Shown one piece after another: positions 22,433 through 31,056 of a DNA stretch of 31,056 nt. Both the position numbers and the translations under genes were made by a program. The notes under the pieces were generated by a model. It was given only the letters and a program-made list of their open reading frames with translations. It was not told the DNA's origin and searched no databases. Within the stretch, counting starts at the first letter, position 1; the number at the start of each line of letters is the position of its first letter. The DNA lies in contig NC_057719.1 of the NCBI RefSeq assembly GCF_004010195.1, positions 22,250,896 to 22,281,951 of the forward strand, in the 5' to 3' direction. Origin of the DNA: Chiloscyllium plagiosum. Lineage: Eukaryota.

Positions 22433-22640
22433 CCCCCACCCCCCCCCCCCCCCAAACATAAGGGGAACAGAGACACACACACGCACACACACACATGTAC
22501 ACACACACACACGCACACATACATACACACGCACACAGACACACACACACGCACACACACACATGTACACACACACACACGCACACATACATATATAAGT
22601 TTGTGGGGTGAATTTGTACCACACACACGCACGCACACAC
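22433..22640. repeat. Poly-C tract plus compound (CA)n microsatellite
   Basis: C-run at 22433-22453 and interrupted CA/CG/TA repeats at 22471-22596 and 22620-22640. Confidence 0.95.
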
Positions 22641-23075
22641 CAGTTGAAAAATCAATAATTTGTCATTAGACAAAACTGCTCTAGACCTAGGTTTTGGGTG
22701 CACCTCCCCTCTTCTTTTAGTACAGCAATTACACTTTGTAAATACAACACACAATGACTTATTGTGGCTCATCATTTAAAAAAAAAATCTGCAACATCTT
22801 CATCCACAGTCCTGTAGTTTGAAGTAACATGTGTTTCATTTACACAAATTTGCTATAGCACAATTGATGAAATGTGGATGCTGTTAGAATAACATAAACT
22901 TTCTACTGAATGGATATCATGAGTTTGTATTGTGTGTTTGCATGCGCGATTTTCTACAGTGTGGGATTGCAGAGGTACACAATCGTCGCGGTTTAGCTGA
23001 ACGATCTGTAATATCTTTTCCTGTCTTTAAGTTGACAACCCAAAAAATAAAAATGGTTTCTACATATCCCTCAAG

Positions 23076-24365
23076 TAGGAACACAAGAATAAAGAGTAGG
23101 AGTAGGCAATTCAGCCTTTTCCACCTGCTCCACCATTACACGTGATTGTGGCTGATCTTATCCTGGTCTCAACTCTACTTTACTGTCTGCTCCCCATAGC
23201 CCTTCTCCCACTTTTCATCTGAAACATATCTCATTCTTTCTTGAATCTGTTGATTGATTCTGCCTCCACTGCATTCCGGGGCAGTGAGTTTCACAGATTG
23301 ACAACACTCTGACAGAAGTAGTTTTCGCTCATCACAATTTTAAACCAACCTTCTCTCACTATATCTATGACGTTTTGCCCTAGGCTGTCCCACAATGGGA
23401 AGCATCTGTTCAACATTCACCTTACCAATCTCTATTAGCATTTCCTATTACTCAGTTAGATCCCACTTCATTCTACTGAACTCTAGTGAGTATAAGCCAA
23501 ACTAATCAACTGTTCCTTGAAAAAACCTTTTGTCCCTGGAATCAATCTGATGAAGCTCCTCTGAACTGCCTGTCATGCTACCACATCTGGATGTGACCCT
23601 TGCAGATGAAGGGATCAAGGAGAATGGAGAGGAAGCGGGAATGGGATACTGAGGTAGCATGATCAACCATGATTATATTGAATGGAGGCGCAGGCTCGAA
23701 GGGCCAAATAGCCTACTCCTGAACCTATTTCCTATGTTTCTATGTTTCTGTCCTTCCTCAAGAAAAGAGACCAATATTCCAGGTGTGGTCTCACTAATAC
23801 CTTATATATGTGTAACAACACTATGTTATTTTTCATAATCTAGTCTTTTTGCATTAAATGTCAGGATTCCATTTGCCATTCTTATTCTCTGCTGCGCCTG
23901 CATACTCACTTTCTGAGACTCATGCACAAAGATGCCCAGATCCTTTTGCACTGATGCACTATGAATCTGCTTCCCATTTAAATAATAATTTATCCTTTTA
24001 TTTTTCTGGCCAAAACAGACAGCCTTGCATGTATCCACATTAAACTCCGTCTGCCAGTTTCTGGCCTGTTCCTGTAGCCTAAAAATATCCATCTGCAAAC
24101 TCCTTATCTTCTCATCACTGCCTGCTTCCCCATCTATTTTAATATCATCCATGACCTTTGTATGTTACACGCTGTCACTACTTGCAGATCATTTATGTGG
24201 CACCTTGTCAAATGCCTTCTGGAATTCTATATATACCACATCCACTGGATTCCCAGTATCTGTCTTGCTGGCTGCATCCTCAAAGAACTCCAGTTTTTTT
24301 TGTCAAGCACGATCTGCCCTTCATGAAGCTATGCTGACACTGGTGAATTGAACTTTGATTTTTCA
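23076..24365 (-). mobile_element. Old CR1 LINE 3' portion
   Basis: MDDIKIDG (decayed ADDTK), NWQTEFNVDTCK and QKDLGIFVH. Antisense DFQKAFDKVPH at about 24195-24227. Tail at the left end. Confidence 0.85.
23605..23750 (+). mobile_element. Nested CR1 3' UTR fragment
   Basis: GAATGGAGGCGCAGGCTCGAAGGGCCAAATAGCCTACTCCTG followed by (CTATGTTT)n. Confidence 0.75.
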
Positions 24366-24989
24366 GGTGTTCAGTTTGTGGGTCTGAGTTCTGGTGGCAA
24401 TGACAAAGTGCCGATTTCATCAGTGATGGCATTGTGAGTCCTTATCGGGACTTTGACAGCAATGAGGTGAAGACTGCAGTATCAGGGGCATCGTGACTAC
24501 TCAGTGGCACTCCAGCAGTGAGGTTATAGCTGCAGCAGTAGAACAGGAATACTGTCAGTGCGTCAATGAGACTGTGGTAGCAGTAGCTTAATGGATGCAG
24601 AGCAAGATTCCTGTCAGTGACAGTGACACAGCAGTGGGTAATGAACGAATTTGGACTCTCTTTCAGTTGTATCTTTTTTTTATTTTTAAGTTGTTCAAAA
24701 TGGAACCAAACCCTGGTAACAGTTGAACCTTTTTACTGTATTTAACCTTAAAAATAAGTAATAATAAATCATTCAATTTAATTTATGATTGACTCCAGCA
24801 ACTTCCCCACTACAGAGGTCAAATTTACTGATCCATATATGAAATGCTATTTCAAAAATGCATTTCATCATAAGGTATATGACACTTAGATAACAAAACA
24901 TGAGCCTATGCATTCATATTCATCCCTTATACAGTCTAATCTAATTTTCATTGCATTCCTTATAAATTCTTAAATTATCTGATCATTTT

Positions 24990-26830
24990 TACATTCTGGC
25001 AAATCCAGTTATCATATTGCCTTTCCCACCAATGTGAACAATATACACATTGAATGACTATATCAGTAAACTCCATCTGAATAATCTCACATTTTAGATT
25101 TTTAACCTTTCAATGATGCCTGTGGATTGTGGTCAGTCCTGATTAGTATTTCATTGCAAACCTATTGGATATAGCCTTCAGAAGATTAAAGAGCCAATAA
25201 CAATCCCAAAGTCTGCTGTTCTACGGTAGAGTGCTTCCTCTGGTGTTGGTTTAATGTCTCAGAAAAGTACCCGATTGGCTTCCCCTTTCCCAACTTATTA
25301 GCTTTCAATAAGACTGCATCTAGCCCCATGTCATGAACATCAATTCCCATTTTGAAAGATTTGGTAAAATCAGGGGTGTCTAACACTGGTCCATTTATTA
25401 TGATTACCTTCAGATTCTCCGAGGCTGCTTGATATTCTTCTGAACAGATCGCTTTTGCCTGTTCCTGTAACAGAACAGTTAAAGGTGCACCTATTGTCCT
25501 CAAGCTGGGCACAGATTTCCAATAAAACCTGCATATTCCTAAAAATCTCATGATTCCAGTTTCATGTGAGAAATAGAGAATTCAGTCACTGCCTTCACAT
25601 TTGCCATTCCCTATCCTTGTCCAATGTCCCAGGTAAGTTATGGTACTTACCTGTACCCCTTCAAAAGATTAATTTAATAAATAAATGAGGCATTGCCAAC
25701 CCTGCTGTTACAATCTTTTAACTGAAGATATGGATAGCAATCTGGTTTTGCAACTGCATTTATTTTTTTGTGGTTTATGTAAAATCTTGTTGATCCTTCT
25801 AATTTAGAAAATAACATTATTGTTGAACCTTGCCAAAGCAGTTAAAGTTCAATCAAGTGATTTTTCAGCACGGATGGAAGCTCTGTTGCCACCTGAGCTT
25901 GTTTCTCTTGGCTGAACTAAGGGTGATGCTGTTTTAAAATTAGAATGTCCTGTAACTACATCAAGTCTAGCCAGCATCGTTTTTCCAGCTGAATTGTTAC
26001 ATATTTCATTAAACTCCCCAAAAAAGCTAACTAAATTTCCCATTACCCTTCCTCTAAATATGGTAACACAGTCTCAATCTCACTTAGTATTTCTGTTGGT
26101 TGACCAGTTGAATCGTAGGAGACGCACAACTGTCAACTTTCCTTTCCACTTCTCGTGCTATCTCTTCATCCCTCACTACTCTTATAACCTGACACAACTG
26201 CTCTTTAGAATGATACAGAAGTAAAGGAGCCCATTCAGCCCCAAGTCTGTACTGCTAAACATACACTGATAACTCCACCAGTCCCACTTTCCTGCACCAG
26301 GCTAAAATATTATGGCTCTTTAAGTGCTCATCTAAGTACTTTTCAAAGACGGTGATGTTTCCTGCCTCAATATCCTCACAGGCAGTATATTCTAGACCCC
26401 ACCACACTCTGGGTGGAAAAAGCTTTTCCTCAAATTCTCTCTAAACCTCCTGCCTTTCACTTTAAAATAATGCAGCCTCTGATCTTCTTCCCTGCAATAT
26501 CGTTTCAACATGTTTGTTTGACAACAACATTTTTTTCTTCCTGAAGTCATGAGTATCCATAATTTTATCAACCCTCCTAAAGAATGTACAGGGATCAATG
26601 AATTTTAATTTCAGAGGTTCACTTTGAAGAGACAATAATACCAATACATTGTATCCTGCTTGAAATATTCTAATCATAGCATATTGCCCTACCCGTTCTT
26701 TCACTTTTGCCTGTGAAGTTCTTAATTACTCCTTAACATCATTTTACCCTCCTGGAAATCTCCTTCACCACCTCCTCCACTGCTTAAATAAGGCCATGTG
26801 GAAAATGCAATAAGTTCCAGTAATTTTCTT
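24990..26830 (-). mobile_element. Decayed Gypsy LTR-retrotransposon pol remnant (Gmr1-like order)
   Basis: RT-connection/RNase H: RFLGICRFY...PDFTKSFKMGIDV...PIGYFS...STVEQQTLGLLLAL, then TDHNP. RT N-terminus at about 25850-26040. Integrase C-terminal GPY/F-like region RIFQAGYNVLVL...KFIDP...NMLKRY at about 26495-26700. Confidence 0.8.
26205..26480 (-). mobile_element. CR1 3' fragment nested in the Gypsy remnant
   Basis: FKVKGRRFRENLRKSFF on minus, and tail-proximal GCCCATTCAGCCC. Confidence 0.65.
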
Positions 26831-26924
26831 TTAAACTGCCACATCTACTTCCTCTATTCCATACTTTAAACCAGTACCTACCTCCATTTTAAACTCCCAA
26901 GACCAATAAAATAAAATTGGTCTA

Positions 26925-27180
26925 CTTGGCGGTGAGCTGCCTTCTTGGACCACTGCAGTCCATGTGTTGAAGAGACACTCACAATTCAGTTAGGAAGCAA
27001 GTTTCAAGGTTTTTACTGAGCAACAGTGAAGGAATGATGATTTGTTTCCAAATCAGAATGATGTCGCCTTTGGAAGGAAAGCTGAAGGTGATAGCATTCC
27101 CATTAATTCACTGAAATTGTCCTTCTAGGTGTGAGATGTTATAAGCTTGGAAGGTGTTCCTGATGGAGAATTGGTGAGTT
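26925..27180 (-). mobile_element. 3' fragment of the second CR1-group LINE family
   Basis: GGTGAGCTGCCTTCTTG is the reverse-complement homologue of CAAGAAGGCAGTTCACC at 16465-16481. Confidence 0.6.
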
Positions 27181-30100
27181 ATTTATAATATAATGCATCT
27201 AGATACTAGTCTTTCTTTTAAAATAATTACAATCATGAGGTTAGCTTGTTCTGAAATACCCTGTGTATTGAAATGGTAAGGTGCCACTGTTTATCTTGCT
27301 ATATTTATTAATGGGCATTTATTGTATATCTATAGTTATGGTTGATGGCAAGTTGCCTTCCTGAACAATTGCAGAGTGTAGATAGAGAGACATTTCCAAG
27401 TTGATAACCCAACAATCATTAAGGATTGATGATACATTTCCAAAACAAATATCTGGCTTGGATGAGAAACTGCAAGTGGTGGAGCTTTCATGTTGTGATG
27501 AGTTTGTTCTTCCAAGTGATAGAAGTTTGGAAGACATCACCCTATTACCCAAGATAATAAATCAAAGGCACTAATCTTCTTTAAGACCTGGTTTTGAATT
27601 TTAGGATGGATGGAAAGAGTCAGGAAACCCAGAAGTACAGGTTGCCCTGAAAGCCCTAGAGTTTAAATCCTTACAGTTTTAACGGCAGAGCCTGTGCATT
27701 TTATTTTACCCCAGGTTACCTGTCCAATGTATAGGCTTTGCTGCTGTAAAGTAACTTACCTCAGTGAACTGTTCTGCTCACCTCCTTTTACCTTTCGGGT
27801 TTCCCAAGACCAGGGAATCTCAGTTGGCATTTTTTTTTAAAAATTGAGCACTGTTCAAATGAGGGAATGCATCTTCTTGAAAAGATAAAAAGAAATGTCA
27901 ACAAGCCACCCATCTCTTGATGGCAAATTCATAGCCTGACCGTCATCTGCTCCCCTATCCCCCAAACGAATCTCCACAAATCACTGGCTCCATCAAAAGT
28001 CTGATAAAAATGGTTTGATGCAGGTTGACATTTTGTTTGAAACTTTTAGCATTACTTCTCACTATCCCAAAATTGTCCATTTTGTGGTTTAATATAAACT
28101 ACCAAGAGTCTGCCCTTCCTTGCTTCTCATGGAAATGGCAATACTTTGATTGAATATATTGCAAAAGCTCCTCTGAGATGCATCAGTTGCATGCATGAAA
28201 AAAACACAATCTTTGAAATAGTTGTAAAATGAAAATGTTTTGTCAGACTACCTGGAAAGGTGCAGATTGAGATGTTGTATATTTCTGATATTCACTGTTA
28301 ACATTATAAATTGCCAGCATTTTCAAATATTTTTGATTACTTGGAACATTTGCATGAGTTTATCCGAGTTCAAACCCAGATCTGCTCATTCCTCTGCAAA
28401 TCTGCACCGAGAACATGCAAAAGGTTCAAACCTGAATAATTATTTGAGGGTCAGGGTGTGACATGCAGGTCTTACATGATCTGTGCACTCAGTCATTTTA
28501 GAGGTCATCTGGATTCTGGTGCAGCTCCCAGGTCATGACTGCAGGCAGTAGCTGAGTTGAAAAAGAAAACAAATCCTTGAAAAAGCTCGAGAAAAATCAT
28601 TGTTTCATTGAGACAGTTTTTCACTGTTGACGCAAGCTTGAGGGAGTATAACCTCATCAAATTGATAGGGTGTTACTTCTGGACAACAAATCCATCAGGT
28701 TTACTGATGGGTAGTAGTGACCATGTAGGTTAGGCCAGTCCAATTTTGTTTGTAAAGAGGTCTCAGCATCACGTTTAAAAATAGTGAATCACTTGTACAA
28801 ATCAATTGAAATGACTGTTTGAATGGAGGGGGGATTGTCATTTATCATTGGCTTTGAGGGAAAGCAATTGAGCTATAGATTTTTTTTCTTCGCTGAAGTA
28901 GCTGTCAGTCAATGTGACATGTTTAGTTTGTGCGCTGGACAGTTAGGTGAATTCACAAACAGATTGTAAGCGCATAACTGTGTGAACAGAGGAAGTGAAG
29001 CTGAGGCATATTCTGGTATGGATTTAGTCATTTAAAATTTGAAACAACCTGCACCCATAGAACCCATGGATTACAACGCAAATGAATTGTCCTCGAGTCA
29101 TGTGGTGTATTGGCAGGAGAGATAGTGGGTTCAGGTGCATCTCCTGTCATTCCCTGCAATAATGTTCGGGTAAGCCAGGATGGGGTCTTCCATTCAAAAT
29201 GGCCCAATAAGATGAAAACGTCTTCCAATTTTAATTTCCATTGATTTAAATGAAAATATATGCTTTCTTGTCGTCTTTAATCCAACACTGCAACCTGCAT
29301 ATTGAGATACTGGTCTGAAGTATTTCCAGCTGTGTATGCCTGTATTGCACCATCCCTGAGGCTACTTGCTATTTATCTCTAATTAAGGTTCTTCATCTCT
29401 TCATGTAGCTTGACACTAACTTTATTTTTATCCAAATGTAGGTTACTAATTGCAATTCTCTCATAATAGGGTCGAAGACCTCCTTCAAAAATAGTGTCTT
29501 CTTTTCTCCTGGTTTCAGAGCCATGTCATCAATTATGTGATCATGATACTCTCATTATACAACAGAATATGCATTGTAAAAAATTCACCTTATCAATGGC
29601 AAATTTGCTGCAAGTTGTCAAAACAACTTCATAGTTGGCAATTTTGATTTTTCTAATCTGTTGAGAATTTCAAACGCACGGATGCCTTTTGCAAAATGGC
29701 AAGAGTGATGTCTATGCTATTAAGAATAATGGCCACTTGATGATTTACAAGAACAGAAGATGCAGAATCTTACAATGAGACACATCCTTCTACTAAAATA
29801 ACAATTTCTGAAACGATGGAAATGTTTTGGACTTTGAAACAGAAGTTGAACTTGACATCGGAGCAGCTGCTTCAGACCAGCAAACAAAAACTCCGAAAGT
29901 CCAGAAAGCAAAGATTTCCAATGGACGGGCAAATCACCACAAAGCCATCCTCATTCTCCCTTGATTTTGAGGATATGTTTCATATATCTGAGAACCTGGA
30001 CAGTCGATGGCTTAGTAGGGTTGTCCTAAACTGGCTTCCTATTGCAACTTCCATTGATTAAGTGACTCAAACACATGTCGATGATCCCAATGTCAGACAT

Positions 30101-30227
30101 ATAGAACATCTTCAGTGTTATGATTCCACCTGATGGTAATGTCGGACAAATTGTGGAATGAAACCTGGCTTGCTAAACAGTAAGTTTTTTTTTGCAACTC
30201 TTTTACTATTGGGACCAGCCACTGATA

Positions 30228-30840
30228 TTTTAAATTCATTCACATGATTACAGTATTGTTAGCTAGGCCAGCATTTATTGCCCATTCCAAACTTTTAAGA
30301 GTCAACCTCATTGCTGTGGGTCTGTAGTCACATATATAGGCCAGACCAGGTAAGGAGCAGCACAGTGGCTTAGTGGTTAGCACTGTTGCCTCACAGCGCC
30401 AAGGACCCGAGTTTGATTCCAACCTCGGGTCACTGTCTATGTGGAGTTTGCACATTCTTCCCATGTCTGTGTGGGTTTCCTTTGGGTGCTCCGGTTTCCT
30501 CCCCAATCCAAAGATGTGCAGGTTAGGTGAATTGGCCATAGTGTTCAGGGATGCGTAGATTAGTTGCATTAGTCAGCGGTAAATGTAGGAGAATTGGTCT
30601 GAGTGCATTACTCTTCGGAGGGTCAGTGTGGACCTACTGGGTCAAATGCCCTGTTTCCACAATATTGGGATTCTATGATTTCCTTCGCCAAAGGATATTC
30701 GTGAACGAGATTTTTTTTTTCTGACAACTGACAATGGATTCATGGTCATCATTAGATTCTTAATTTCAGACTTTTTAAAATTGAATTCATATTCCACCAT
30801 CTGCCATGTTGAGATTCAAGCCTGGGTTCCAAAGCATTAG
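30228..30840 (-). mobile_element. tRNA-derived SINE (same family as 17122-17461), interrupted by HE1
   Basis: GCATTTATTGCCCAT, TAGGCCAGACCAGGT and ATTCCACCATCTGCC are reverse complements of motifs in 17122-17461. Confidence 0.75.
30354..30680 (+). mobile_element. HE1-type V-SINE
   Basis: A box TGGCTTAGTGG, B-box-like GTTTGATTCC, V-domain GTGGAGTTTGCACATTCTTCCC and tail CCTGTTTCCAC...GATTCTATGA. Confidence 0.9.
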
Positions 30841-31056
30841 GTAAAAACAATGACTGCAGATGCTGTAAACCAGATTCTGGATTAGAGTGGTGCTGGAAAA
30901 GCACAGCAGTTCAGGCAGCATCCGAGGAGCAGGAAAATCGATGTTTCGGGCAAAAGCACTTCATCAGGAATACAAGCAGAGTGACTGAAGGGTGGAGAGA
31001 TAAATGAGAGGAGGGTGGGGGGTGGAGAGAAAGTAGCATAGAGTACAATAGATGAG
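30841..31056 (-). mobile_element. PLE terminal repeat (family D) running off the window end
   Basis: Near-identical to 20941-21058 and continues through a hammerhead motif. Confidence 0.75.
30936..30970 (-). ncRNA. Minimal hammerhead ribozyme motif (slightly mutated)
   Basis: Minus strand CTGATGA-A-GTGC-TTTT-GCCC-GAAA-CATC. One stem II mismatch, and the site reads AUC. Confidence 0.6.

Noticed and set aside
22359..22775. Cys/Val-rich ORFs in three frames
   Set aside because: Translations of the (TG)n microsatellite.
28500..29500. Endogenous viral or gag-like remnant on minus (e.g. FEGGLRPYYE)
   Set aside because: Only short open stretches and no diagnostic motif.

Overview
AT-rich vertebrate genomic DNA, almost certainly from a shark. 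HE1-type SINEs, a HER1-type CR1 LINE and DeuSINE-like copies point to elasmobranchs; a carpet/bamboo shark is my guess. No intact, recognisable host protein-coding gene is visible, so the window looks intronic or intergenic and is densely layered with nested transposon fossils. These include several CR1 LINE fragments (one 3.5-kb copy with ORF1 esterase, APE and RT remnants), a Rex1/Babar-type 3' end, tRNA-derived SINEs and a decayed Gypsy element with the Gmr1-like integrase-before-RT order. The most striking signal is about ten Penelope-like element (PLE) derivatives from roughly five families, each carrying a minimal type I hammerhead ribozyme motif or its remnant. Five are fold-back insertions with a 33-41 nt unpaired tail, and seven are bounded by 11-15 bp target-site duplications (TSDs). 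The youngest (9862-10671) has 314-bp inverted arms, a GIY-YIG remnant and two hammerheads with intact core motifs. Other points: a 31-nt templated insertion, an old local duplication that shows a LINE pre-insertion site, and a few weak exon/microexon candidates. All family names come from recognition by eye, not database searches.
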